Shown in pieces: positions 11,001-19,409 of a stretch of DNA of 64,000 nt (positions within the stretch are counted from its first letter, which is position 1; every line of letters starts with the position of its first letter). The DNA lies in the NCBI GenBank assembly GCA_965261975.1, contig CBDHEC010000056.1, positions 1 through 64,000 on the forward strand. The letters are read 5' to 3'. The position numbers and the translations under genes were made by a program. The notes under the pieces were generated by a model that was not told where the DNA came from, made no database searches, and saw only the letters and a program-made list of their open reading frames with translations. This DNA is from Alphaproteobacteria bacterium (GTDB lineage: Bacteria; Pseudomonadota; Alphaproteobacteria; UBA6615).

Positions 11001-11820
11001 AAAGCGAAAAACCGGTGGCGTTGAGAATCACGTCGGGTGGTGCTGCGGCGAGTGTTTCGGCGATCATCGCCGCGGCCAGGGGGTCCTTCAGGCTAGCGGC
11101 GTGGATCGGCAGGGGGTTGAGGCCATTCGACTGCAGCGCGTCGACCAACGCGTCCACGGGCGCCAGGTTCGCGGCCTGCATCAGCGCCCGGTAGAACAGA
11201 AGCCCGGCGACGGGCGCGCCTTCGGTCCAGTGCTGGCGCAGGTCATCCATGGTGACACCGTCATGGCCGGGCCAGTAGAGACCGGCCCGGGTCAATGGCG
11301 CGGGCTCATGCCAGTCGCGCGGCCGTCCGATCAGTGTCTGGGCGTAGGCGAGGAAGCCGCCGGCATTCGTAATCCCGCCATGGACGAGATACTGCCAGAG
11401 CCGGTGGCTGGCCTCGGCGTCGAGCGAGGTCAGGCTGCTCAGCTCTGCATCGGGCTGATCGTCACCCGGCAGGAAGGCGACGGGAATATCTGCCGCCCGG
11501 CAGGCCGCGACGATTTCATCGACCCCGTAGGGCCAGTAGCCGCGCCCGCCCAGCAGGCGGCAAACCACGAGCCTGGCGTGACGGACGATGTCGTCCACGT
11601 AAAGATCGACCGACATGTTGTGGGCGAGACGCAGATAGTTCGCCAGGCGCAGGCTGGGGGCGTTCGGATCGCTGGCGAGGCGTGTCCGGTTCGCCATGGC
11701 GAGCGCGGCAATTTCCGTGTCCGCGGCTGTCAGAACAACGATGTCCCCTGGCGACTGGCCCAGATCGATCGCTTCGGAGCCATCGTCGACGGTTCCCGGG
11801 ACGGCGGCGAGGAGATGCAT
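8026..11820 (-). CDS. cobN: cobaltochelatase subunit CobN
   Basis: 1264 aa; MHLLAA...DLGQSPGDIV, ALPEVDGR, HFGKHGNLEWLPGK, PGPSGAPTRGR, LPTGRNFYS, NQDNREHDLLDSDDYYQFEGG. Confidence 0.96.
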   Translation of the reverse strand: MHLLAAVPGTVDDGSEAIDLGQSPGDIVVLTAADTEIAALAMANRTRLASDPNAPSLRLANYLRLAHNMSVDLYVDDIVRHARLVVCRLLGGRGYWPYGVDEIVAACRAADIPVAFLPGDDQPDAELSSLTSLDAEASHRLWQYLVHGGITNAGGFLAYAQTLIGRPRDWHEPAPLTRAGLYWPGHDGVTMDDLRQHWTEGAPVAGLLFYRALMQAANLAPVDALVDALQSNGLNPLPIHAASLKDPLAAAMIAETLAAAPPDVILNATGFSLSAPGATTERGPFVQTDAPILQTVFAGTTEDSWRDTANGLSARDIAMNVALPEVDGRLLARAVAFKGSDVHDDLSQTDIVAHLPVPDRIDFTARLAAGWAKLRRTPVDRRRVAIVFANYPNRDGRIGNGVGLDTPAGVVCALAAMAGTGYDIQGAPADGDALVARLQAGPTNAGTAGRVIEEILPLPEYELFFASLPARVRDAVIERWGPPEADPMFMAGQTDCGAFAVPAFRCGEVAIGLQPARGYNIDPAASYHDPDLVPPHGYFAFYAWMRESFAAHAAVHFGKHGNLEWLPGKAVALAQDCFPEAALGPLPHIYPFIVNDPGEGTQAKRRAAAVIIDHLTPPLARAETYGPLKDLEALVDEYYEAANVDPRRLAVLGRQIVELVRETGLDRDLGFAADADLTDADALNRLDGYLCELKELQIRDGLHVFGKAPTGELRTGLLSALVRLPRGTDTPGDASLSRALALDLGLDFDPLECDFAAPWGGPRPPVLAGDQPWRTAGDTVERLEGLSAALIDGTATPETHWAATTAVLATLADTIAPAIDISGDAELGGLLTGLDGRFVTPGPSGAPTRGRPDVLPTGRNFYSVDTRTVPTPAAWELGWKSAQLLVETHAQTHGDWPRAIALSAWGTSNMRTGGDDIAQAMALIGAQPTWDSASRRVTGFEIMPVSVLDRPRVDVTLRVSGFFRDAFPGLIDLFDSAVTAIAALSDESEGDNPLAARTRDEVARLTAAGMAPADAQRQAGYRVFGSKPGAYGAGLQALIDEQGWDTADDLAAAYIAWGGWAYGAGTGTGREESYGVAAHDIFARRLGRVEAVIHNQDNREHDLLDSDDYYQFEGGLAAAVSMASGNEPTVYHNDHSRPFAPAIRTLEDEISRVVRGRVTNPKWIEGVMRHGYKGAFEMAATVDYLFAFAATTSAVRDDQFDAVYKAFLDDDKVRAFLAKHNPAALAEMAGRFLEAAERGLWQARSNSAYARLSELAGRRLENTA

Positions 11821-12845
11821 CAGCCGCCCTGGATCACCGCTTCGATGCCGGCCCGGTCCATCCCGCTGCGACCGATCACAACCAGCTCGGTCCGGGGTGT
11901 CTCGTCGGCCGCCCAGTCACGATCGAAATACCGCTGGAAGCGGCCGCCGACCCCTTGCAACACCAGGCGTCGGGGTTTGCCGGGGACATGGGCGAAGCCC
12001 TTGATGCGGAAGATGTCGTGTTCGTTCACGGCGGCGACGAGGCGGCGTTCGAGGGCGTCGGGATCTCGCACCGGTCCGAGCGCGAGGGTGAAACTGTCGA
12101 AGTCGTCATGGTCATGCTCGTCTTCGCCGTCATGGACGCTGGGCCGCGTGTCGAGATCATCTTCGGCCTCGGCGTCGAGCCCGAGCAATATGGCGGGGTC
12201 GAGCCGGCCATGGGTGGCCGAGACGGCACGCACCCCTGCGCGGCGGTGGGGCGCGAGCGCGGCCTCGACCGAGCCGTCACCCTCGGCGACGAGATCCGCC
12301 TTGTTGACGATGATCAGGTCGGCGCAGCTCACCTGGTCGACGAAGAGTTCCTCGAGCGGGTTGTCATGGTCGAGCGACGGGTCCTCGGCCTGGGCCGCGG
12401 CGATGGCTTCCGGGTCGTCGGCGAAGCGCCCGGCCGCGACGGCGGCGGCGTCGACCACCGTGACCACGCCGTCCACGGTCGTGCGGGCGCGCACCTCGGG
12501 CCAGGCGAACGCCTTGACCAGCGGCTTGGGCAGGGCCAGGCCCGATGTCTCGATGACGATATGGTCGGGCGGGTCGGCGCGATCGAGCAATGCGGAGATC
12601 GTCGGCAGGAAGTCATCGGCCACCGTGCAGCAGATGCAGCCATTGGCCAGCTCGACCACGTCGTCGTCGTCGCAACCCGGAATGGCGCATCCCTCGACGA
12701 TGCCCCGGTCGATGCCCAGGTCGCCGAATTCGTTGATCACCAGCGCGATGCGCCGGCCGCCGGCATTCTCGAGCAGGTGGCGGATCAGGCTGGTCTTTCC
12801 GGCGCCAAGGAAGCCGGTGACGACGGTGGCGGGGATGCGATTCAT
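11820..12845 (-). CDS. cobW: cobalamin biosynthesis G3E GTPase CobW
   Basis: TGFLGAGKT, ELANGCICCTVADDF, ETSGLALPKPLV, NKAD. Confidence 0.93.
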   Translation of the reverse strand: MNRIPATVVTGFLGAGKTSLIRHLLENAGGRRIALVINEFGDLGIDRGIVEGCAIPGCDDDDVVELANGCICCTVADDFLPTISALLDRADPPDHIVIETSGLALPKPLVKAFAWPEVRARTTVDGVVTVVDAAAVAAGRFADDPEAIAAAQAEDPSLDHDNPLEELFVDQVSCADLIIVNKADLVAEGDGSVEAALAPHRRAGVRAVSATHGRLDPAILLGLDAEAEDDLDTRPSVHDGEDEHDHDDFDSFTLALGPVRDPDALERRLVAAVNEHDIFRIKGFAHVPGKPRRLVLQGVGGRFQRYFDRDWAADETPRTELVVIGRSGMDRAGIEAVIQGG

Positions 12846-13441
12846 GACAACTCGTTCTTCAGGGTGGTGGGTAGGCCGGCGGCGACGAAGTCGACCCGGT
12901 CGGCCTGGGCGGCGACCTGTTGGTTGAGGCGCCCGGCCGCATCGCGGAAATCGCGTGCCAGTTTATTGTCGGGCACGATCCCCAGGCCGACCTCGTTGGA
13001 CACGCAGACCACCGGGCCGTTGGCGTGGGTAAACGCGTCCAGCAGCGTGGAGGTTTCGGCCGTGAGTTCGAGCTCGGCATGCATCACGTTCGACAACCAC
13101 AGGGTCAGGCAGTCGACCAGGGCCGGTTGCCCGTCCGACGTTGCCGCGACGATGGTGTCGGCGAGTGCGAGCAGGGTTTCTTCCGTGTGCCAGCGCTCAC
13201 CGCGCCGGGCGCGGTGATCTGCGATCCGGTTCACCATCTCGCCGTCGCCGGCCTCCGCGGTGGCGATATAGGTCGGCCGGGTGATGCTGTCGCTGGCGTC
13301 GAGATGCGCGGCAATCAGGGTTTCGGCGTGATGACTCTTGCCCGACCGCGCGCCGCCGAGCACGAGCGTCAGCGCCGGCAGCAGGCTGCTGTCGGGGCGG
13401 CGGGGCGTGTCGTCGTTCACGGCAGGCGTATCTTCGGTCAC
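12842..13441 (-). CDS. cobU: bifunctional adenosylcobinamide kinase / guanylyltransferase (CobU/CobP)
   Basis: LGGARSGKS, YIATA, VDCLTLWLSN, VSNEVGLGIVP, FRDAAGRLNQ; GTG at 13441 follows a GGAGGAGG RBS. Confidence 0.92.
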   Translation of the reverse strand: MTEDTPAVNDDTPRRPDSSLLPALTLVLGGARSGKSHHAETLIAAHLDASDSITRPTYIATAEAGDGEMVNRIADHRARRGERWHTEETLLALADTIVAATSDGQPALVDCLTLWLSNVMHAELELTAETSTLLDAFTHANGPVVCVSNEVGLGIVPDNKLARDFRDAAGRLNQQVAAQADRVDFVAAGLPTTLKNELS

Positions 13442-13485
13442 GGCGCGGGTCCTCCTCCCGAGGGTATGCGCGAATGTCGTGCGCC

Positions 13486-13655
13486 GAAGAGGTCTCCTGG
13501 CTCCGGATCGACGGCCCTGTCGCACCCTTCCCGGCAGACTTTCCGCCAGTGGATATTACGCCGGGCCTAACCGTTACAGTTGCGGGGGCAGCGCCGGCGT
13601 TGGAACCGGTTGGTTCCGCACCGGACTTCCCTGTTTCAGCGCTGCACCAAGGCTA
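13486..13655 (-). ncRNA. cobalamin (AdoCbl) riboswitch upstream of cobU-cobW-cobN-cobO-cobQ
   Basis: Minus strand: GGTGC...AAACAGGGAAGTCCGGTG...CCGGCGCTGCCCCCGCAACTGTAA...CCACTGG...GGGAAGGG...GAGCCAGGAGACCT, the conserved B12-element motifs in order. Confidence 0.93.
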
Positions 13656-14313
13656 GCATGGCGGTGTGATCGGGAACCAGCGTCGAGTCCTGGGTCGGGA
13701 TCTGATTGATGTGGAAAATCGCCCAGGCACCATCCGGGTGGCTCTCGCTGGGCCCGAAGTGATCGATCCGGGTGAGCGAGCAATTATCCACCTGGCAGGT
13801 CAGCGCCGCCTCGGGGTCCAGGTTCAGCGCGTGGCCGATCGCGGCCCGGATCGTGCCGCCATGGGTGACGGCCACGATGTCGCGGCCGGTATGTTCGGCG
13901 TTCAGGCGCTCAATCACGCCGGAGACGCGGTCCATCAGGTCGACGAAGCTTTCCCCGCCCGGTGCGCGGGTATGAGCCGGCGTCAGCCAGAACATGTGCT
14001 TGGGGTCCAGCTCGGCGTAGACCTCCTCGCGCTTGCGGCCCTGCCAGTCGCCGAAATCCTGCTCCGCCAGGCCTTCCTCGATATGAGGGTCGGGCAAGGC
14101 CAGCCCCGCCGCCTTGATGGCGTCCGCCGTCTGATGGGTGCGTTGCAGATGCGAGGTGACCAGCAGCGCGTCTTCGGGCAGGAGCCGCGCCAGCCCGGCA
14201 TAGGTCGGCGGGTCATTGGTGTCGGCCAGGGGGTCGGTGTTGCCGTAGATTCGCCCGCCGGTCGAGCGGACGGGGGCGTGGCGCACCCACCACCAGCGTG
14301 TTCGTGTGGTCAT
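13636..14313 (-). CDS. histidine phosphatase family protein (probable alpha-ribazole phosphatase, CobC-like)
   Basis: WWWVRHAP, SHLQRTHQTA, EQDFGDWQG, PGGESF, VTHGGTIR; coupled to cobS. Confidence 0.85.
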   Translation of the reverse strand: MTTRTRWWWVRHAPVRSTGGRIYGNTDPLADTNDPPTYAGLARLLPEDALLVTSHLQRTHQTADAIKAAGLALPDPHIEEGLAEQDFGDWQGRKREEVYAELDPKHMFWLTPAHTRAPGGESFVDLMDRVSGVIERLNAEHTGRDIVAVTHGGTIRAAIGHALNLDPEAALTCQVDNCSLTRIDHFGPSESHPDGAWAIFHINQIPTQDSTLVPDHTAMLALVQR

Positions 14314-15143
14314 CAGATACTCCCTGAGATAACGGCGCTTGCCGCCACGAGTGCGGCAGTTTCGGCGATTGCCTGGGCGGCCCCCAGAACGTCGCCGGTA
14401 TAGCCGCCGATCTGGCGCAGCGCGAGCAGACCCACGGCAAAGGCACCGAGCCCGCCGGCAATCATGATCGTGATCACGCCGAAGCCCGCCGGGGTCACCA
14501 CGGCCAGCAGCACCAGAAGAACCGCAAGGCCGAGCCCTTTCCAGCTGTCGCCCTCGCCGGGTTTGCCGGCATCGGCGCCCAGGCCATCGTCGCGGGCCGG
14601 GGCCAGCCAGCGCATGGTGGGGGCGATCAGCGCCCGGCTCCACACGGCCGCCGCGATCAGCGCGCCCGCGGCCGCCCCCATATCGTGGGCGGCGATGGTG
14701 GCCAGCGCGGCGATCTTGGTGACGACGACAACGGCCAGGGTGACGGCGCCATAGGCCCCCAGACGGCTGTCGCGCATGATCTCGAGCTTGCGCGCCCGGT
14801 CTCGGCCGCCGCCGAAACCGTCGGCGATGTCGGACAGGCCGTCCTCGTGCAGGGCCCCGGTGATCCAGATCATCAGGCCGATGGCCAGTGTTGCCGCCAC
14901 CGGCGCGGGGACGTCGAGCCAGGTCAGCACGCCGAGCAGCAGCGCCCCCGCGCCGCCGATGGCGAAACCGACGAGCGGGAACAGCCACATGGTGGCGGCC
15001 AGGTCGGGCGGGGAGTCCTCGGATTCGAAAAGGACATCCTCTTCGTCCGGCGCGTGCTCCACGGGCAGCCGCGTCAGGAACGCGACTGCGAGGCGAAGCT
15101 GGGCGGCGAGTTGCGCGCGACCATTCTCGTCATTTGCATCCAT
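14313..15143 (-). CDS. cobS: adenosylcobinamide-GDP ribazoletransferase (cobalamin synthase)
   Basis: FLTRLP, TGALHEDGLSDIADGFGGG, LEIMRDSRLGAYG, QIGGYTGDVLGA. Confidence 0.93.
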   Translation of the reverse strand: MDANDENGRAQLAAQLRLAVAFLTRLPVEHAPDEEDVLFESEDSPPDLAATMWLFPLVGFAIGGAGALLLGVLTWLDVPAPVAATLAIGLMIWITGALHEDGLSDIADGFGGGRDRARKLEIMRDSRLGAYGAVTLAVVVVTKIAALATIAAHDMGAAAGALIAAAVWSRALIAPTMRWLAPARDDGLGADAGKPGEGDSWKGLGLAVLLVLLAVVTPAGFGVITIMIAGGLGAFAVGLLALRQIGGYTGDVLGAAQAIAETAALVAASAVISGSI

Positions 15144-15200
15144 GCCCGACTTATAGGACAACCCCATTCCTTTCCGAAACGGAACTTGCGGTCACACGAT

Positions 15201-16268
15201 ATGAGCGAAACAGGAAATGGCGCGAATGGTGCCGGAAACGGTACGGGTGAAGCCGGTGGGCCGGATTTCGACGAGATCCGCAAACTGATCGCCGAGATGC
15301 CCGTCCCCGACGTGGCCGCGGTGGAAGAAACCCGCGCGCGCGAGGCCGAGTTGACCAAACCGCCCGGCGCGCTCGGCCGGCTCGAGGAGATCACCGAGTG
15401 GGTCGCGGCCTGGCAGGGCCGTCACCCGCCGAACGTGACCCATGCCCGGGTCGCGGTGTTCGCCGGAAATCACGGCGTGGCCGCGCAGGGCGTGTCCGCA
15501 TTCCCGGCCGAGGTGACGGCGCAGATGGTGCAGAATTTCGTCGCCGGCGGTGCGGCGGTCAACCAACTCACCGAGCTCGCCGATGCCGACCTGCGGGTCT
15601 ACGAGATGGCGCTGGAGACCCCGACGGCGGACTTCACGCAAGGCCCGGCCCTTTCCGAAGAAGACTGCGCCAAGGCGGTCGCCTACGGCATGATGTCGGT
15701 GGAGGCCGGGGTCGAACTCATCGCGCTGGGCGAGATGGGGATCGCCAACACCACGTCGGCGGCGGCGATCTGCCACGCCCTTTATGGCGGCAATGCCCAG
15801 GACTGGGTCGGCCCGGGAACGGGTGTCGCCGATGACGCGTTGGCGACGAAGGTCGCGGTGGTCGAGGCCGGCGTTGCGGCCAACCGGGAGTTGCTCGATG
15901 ACCCGTTACATCTGCTCCGCGCACTGGGGGGACATGAAATCTCGGCGATCGTCGGCGCGATCATCGCCGCGCGGCTCGCGGGGGTGCCTGTGCTTCTCGA
16001 CGGCTATACCTGCACGGCCGCCGCGGCGGTGCTCCACGCCATCGACGAACACGCGCTCGATCACTGCATGATCGGTCATCTGTCCGCGGAGCCGTCCCAT
16101 CGGGCCCTCTGCGAAAAGCTCGACAAGGTGCCGCTGCTGGCATTGGCAATGCGCCTGGGGGAGGGCTCGGGTGCCGCGCTCGCCATCCAGATCGTGCGCG
16201 CCGCACTCGCCTGCCACACCGGCATGGCGACCTTTGCCGACGCCGCGGTCAGCGGCAAGGCGAACTAG
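15201..16268 (+). CDS. cobT: nicotinate-nucleotide--dimethylbenzimidazole phosphoribosyltransferase
   Basis: LTKPPGALGRLE, FAGNHGV, GEMGIANTT, VGPGTG, MRLGEGSGA. Confidence 0.93.
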   Translation: MSETGNGANGAGNGTGEAGGPDFDEIRKLIAEMPVPDVAAVEETRAREAELTKPPGALGRLEEITEWVAAWQGRHPPNVTHARVAVFAGNHGVAAQGVSAFPAEVTAQMVQNFVAGGAAVNQLTELADADLRVYEMALETPTADFTQGPALSEEDCAKAVAYGMMSVEAGVELIALGEMGIANTTSAAAICHALYGGNAQDWVGPGTGVADDALATKVAVVEAGVAANRELLDDPLHLLRALGGHEISAIVGAIIAARLAGVPVLLDGYTCTAAAAVLHAIDEHALDHCMIGHLSAEPSHRALCEKLDKVPLLALAMRLGEGSGAALAIQIVRAALACHTGMATFADAAVSGKAN

Positions 16269-16279
16269 CTCGGTTTCCG

Positions 16280-16819
16280 CTAGGTACCGTCGCAGGAATG
16301 GGTCGGCAGGCCTGGCCCGCCCGCGAGCGTGCTGCGCCGCTCCAGCAGGATGACATCGCGCCAGTCGCCGTCGATATGGCCGTAGCGCTCGCGCCGGCCG
16401 ACCTCGCGGAATCCGGCGGCGCGAAGCAGCGCGCGGCTCGCGGCGTTGCCGTCCATCACCTGGCCCTGCAGGGTCCAGTAACCGTCGGCCTCGGAGATTG
16501 TGATCAGGCGGGCAAGCAGCGCCGCGCCGATGCCCTGCCGGTGATCCGTGTCCTTCACGTAGACGCTGACCTCAGCGACCCCGGCGGCACCTCAGGTGTC
16601 CGGAACCGGTGACAGCGCGGCGAACCCCGCGACGGACCCGTCGTGCCGGCGCGCAACCAGCCGGCCGAGCTCCAGATGATCCGCGTTCCACGCCCCCCAT
16701 TTCGGCGGGCTGGTCGTAAAGGCCGCGAGACCCGACGCGAGCCCTTCGCCATAAATCACGCGAACATCTTTCCAGTCATCGCGCTGCATACTTTCAATCA
16801 TGGCATTCATCTTCGTCAT
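16280..16819 (-). CDS. phosphinothricin/ArsN1-like GNAT N-acetyltransferase with in-frame TGA (16592-16594), putative selenoprotein
   Basis: ORFs 16592-16819 and 16280-16558 are in the same frame; read-through gives ...AALSPVPDT-TGA-GAAGVAEVSVYV...HRQGIG...WTLQ...NAASRAL...GFREVG...WRDVILLERRS. Confidence 0.8.
16558..16591 (-). promoter_or_regulatory. candidate bacterial SECIS hairpin directly 3' of the UGA
   Basis: mRNA UGA GGUGCCGCCGGGG-U-CGCUG-AGGU-CAGCG-UCUACG: 5-bp stem closing an AGGU loop 19 nt after the UGA, with an unpaired U at position 17. Confidence 0.6.
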
Positions 16820-16895
16820 GGGCAGGCATCGCCTGTGCCCGTATGGTTGTGGTCTCGAATGACATCCCGGAATCTAGCACAGGGGAGGAACGACC

Positions 16896-17477
16896 ATGGC
16901 AACACCCATCCGGCGCGTGGTGATGGGCCACGACGACAACGGCAAGGCGGTTGTGATCGAGGACGGTCCTGCACCGTTCGTGCATATCAACCCGAAGAAT
17001 GATGACGACTGGTCGACCGACCTGTGGCGGACCGGCGAGACCCCGGCGAGGATCGTCCAGCGGCACGATGAGCCGACCCTGGGCCCGCGCCGCCAGATGC
17101 CCCAGAAGAATGGCAGCGTGTTTCGCATCAACCATTTCGCACCCGAGACCGAGGACGTGCGCAACCGCACCGTGGAGGAGGCGCGCGCGGCCTTCCGGGC
17201 GCTCGGCAACGAGCCGGCGTCGACCTATGGCCGTGGCGGGGATCACCCGGCGAGCCACCGCACGGAGACCATCGACTATGCGCTGATCCTGTCGGGCGAG
17301 ATCACCATGGTCATCGACGATGGCGAGGTCGAACTGAAGGCGGGCGATGTGGTGATCCAGTGCGGCACCAACCATGCCTGGGTCAACCGCAGCGACAAGG
17401 CCTGCGAGGTGATGTTCGTGCTGCTGGACGGGGAGTTCGATCCGGATCTGGCTGCGAAATTCCCCCAGGGCGACTAG
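16896..17477 (+). CDS. cupin domain protein
   Basis: IRRVVMGHDDNGKAV N-terminus; HRTETIDYALILSGE...GDVVIQCGTNHAWVNRS cupin motifs. Confidence 0.85.
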   Translation: MATPIRRVVMGHDDNGKAVVIEDGPAPFVHINPKNDDDWSTDLWRTGETPARIVQRHDEPTLGPRRQMPQKNGSVFRINHFAPETEDVRNRTVEEARAAFRALGNEPASTYGRGGDHPASHRTETIDYALILSGEITMVIDDGEVELKAGDVVIQCGTNHAWVNRSDKACEVMFVLLDGEFDPDLAAKFPQGD

Positions 17478-17495
17478 GCGCGACGCAAGGTATCG

Positions 17496-18836
17496 ATGAC
17501 GCACAGCGACGAGCACGGCAGGCGATTCAACGACGGACTGTTCGCGGGGCTGCGGCCCAACCGGTCTGCCGCGCAGGTGCATTTGCGCACCTTGGTTCTG
17601 ATTCGCTGGATCGCCATTGTCGGTCAGTTGACCGCGTTGCTGATCGTGCGGTTCGGGCTCGACTGGCCGTTACCCATCGACGCCGCACTTGCGGCGGTCG
17701 GGGCGTCGGTGTTGTTGAATGTGGCCATGTCTCTTCGCCGTCCGGTGCGTGGCCGGTTGAGCGAATGGGAGGCGGCGGCCTACCTGGCGTTCGATATCCT
17801 GCAGCTGGCGGTGCTCCTGTATCTCACCGGGGGGCTCGGCAACCCGTTCTCTTTGCTGTTTCTCGGGCCCGTGACGGTGTCGGCCACAACCCTCAGCCGC
17901 TCCGCGACCACGCTGTTGAGCATATTGGTGATCGGTTGTGCGAGCGGGTTGGCTTTTCACCACCTGCCGTTGCCCTGGTCGGAGGAGGGGTTGCAGCTTC
18001 CGGTTTTCTATATCGGCGGACTGTGGACGGCGGTGGTCCTGGGCACGATTTTTCTCGGTGGTTATATCGGCAGTGTGGCAGGCGAGGGTCGTCGCATGTC
18101 CGATGCGCTGGCGGCCATTCAACTGGCCCTGGCGCGCGAGCAACAGCTCTCGGCGCTGGGCGGGCTGGCCGCCGCGGCCGCCCATGAGCTGGGCAGCCCG
18201 CTGGCGACCATCGCGGTGACGGCCAAGGAGCTGACCCGCGAAATCCCGCAAGACAGCGAGTTCGCCGACGACATACGCATCCTGCAGGCCGAGGCGGACC
18301 GGTGCCGGGATATTCTCGCCGAATTGGGGCGCGCGCCCGACGTTGCGGACCCCGGGGATCCGTTTGCCACCGCGCTGCTGTCGGATGTGGTGGCGGCCGC
18401 GGCGGCCCGGCACCGCGAAGAGGGAATCGTGCTGGATCTCGTGGCGGCCGGGATCGACGAGAGTGCCGAACCGACGGTCATGCGAAGTCCTGAATTGCTG
18501 CACGGTCTCGGGAATGTGATCCAGAATGCGGTGCAGTTTGCCGACGCGCATGTCTCGGTCGATATCTCCTGGGACGAGGCGGAAGCCCGGGTCGAAGTGC
18601 GCGACGACGGACCCGGATTCCCGCCGGCGGTACTCGATCGTATCGGCGAGCCCTATATATCAAGTCGGGGCCAGGGTCATATGGGATTGGGCATCTTCAT
18701 CGCGCAATCCCTGCTCGAGCGGACAGGGGCCCGGTTGCGGTTTTCGAATACGCGCGCGGCGGCGCGTACGGATGGGGCGGAAGTCTCGATCACGTGGCCG
18801 CGCGATGATCTTGAAGTTGATGCAGGGACGGGTTAA
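17496..18836 (+). CDS. regB: redox-sensing histidine kinase RegB/PrrB/ActS
   Basis: RTLVLIRWIAIVGQ, LYLTGGLGNPF quinone-binding motif, AAAAAHELGSPL H-box, RCRDIL redox Cys. Confidence 0.93.
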   Translation: MTHSDEHGRRFNDGLFAGLRPNRSAAQVHLRTLVLIRWIAIVGQLTALLIVRFGLDWPLPIDAALAAVGASVLLNVAMSLRRPVRGRLSEWEAAAYLAFDILQLAVLLYLTGGLGNPFSLLFLGPVTVSATTLSRSATTLLSILVIGCASGLAFHHLPLPWSEEGLQLPVFYIGGLWTAVVLGTIFLGGYIGSVAGEGRRMSDALAAIQLALAREQQLSALGGLAAAAAHELGSPLATIAVTAKELTREIPQDSEFADDIRILQAEADRCRDILAELGRAPDVADPGDPFATALLSDVVAAAAARHREEGIVLDLVAAGIDESAEPTVMRSPELLHGLGNVIQNAVQFADAHVSVDISWDEAEARVEVRDDGPGFPPAVLDRIGEPYISSRGQGHMGLGIFIAQSLLERTGARLRFSNTRAAARTDGAEVSITWPRDDLEVDAGTG

Positions 18837-18845
18837 TCGACGGTC

Positions 18846-19409
18846 ATGGTTGATGCAGGCGTAAACGAGATGATGATTGCTGACGACGCTTCGTTGCTGA
18901 TCGTCGACGACGAGGTCAATTTGCGCCTGCAATTGGCGAAGGCGATGGACCGACGCGGGTTTCAGGCCGATGTCGCGGAATCGGTGGCCGAGGGTATTCG
19001 CGCGGTCGAATCCCGACCCCCCAAATATGCGGTGATCGACCTGCGCCTCGACGATGGCAGCGGGCTCGAGGTTGTTGAGACCCTGCGCCGTGTGCGCCCC
19101 GACGCGCGCATCGTGGTGTTGACCGGGTACGGCAACATCGCCACGGCGGTGGCAGCGGTGAAGGCGGGCGCGGTGGATTATCTGCCCAAGCCTGCGGATG
19201 CCGACCAGGTTGCGGCGGCGCTGCTGGCCGATGGTGCGACATTGCCCCCGCCGCCGGACCGGCCGATGTCGGCAGACCGGGTGCGCTGGGAGCATATCCA
19301 ACGCGTGTACGAACAATGTGATCGCAATGTCTCGGAGACGGCGCGGCGCCTGAAGATGCACCGTCGGACATTGCAACGCATTCTGGCGAAACACGCGCCG
19401 CGCGAGTGA
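18846..19409 (+). CDS. regA: response regulator RegA/PrrA/ActR
   Basis: LTGYGNIATAVAAVK, PMSADRVRWEHIQRVYEQCDRNVSETARRLKMHRRTLQRILAK. Confidence 0.95.
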   Translation: MVDAGVNEMMIADDASLLIVDDEVNLRLQLAKAMDRRGFQADVAESVAEGIRAVESRPPKYAVIDLRLDDGSGLEVVETLRRVRPDARIVVLTGYGNIATAVAAVKAGAVDYLPKPADADQVAAALLADGATLPPPPDRPMSADRVRWEHIQRVYEQCDRNVSETARRLKMHRRTLQRILAKHAPRE

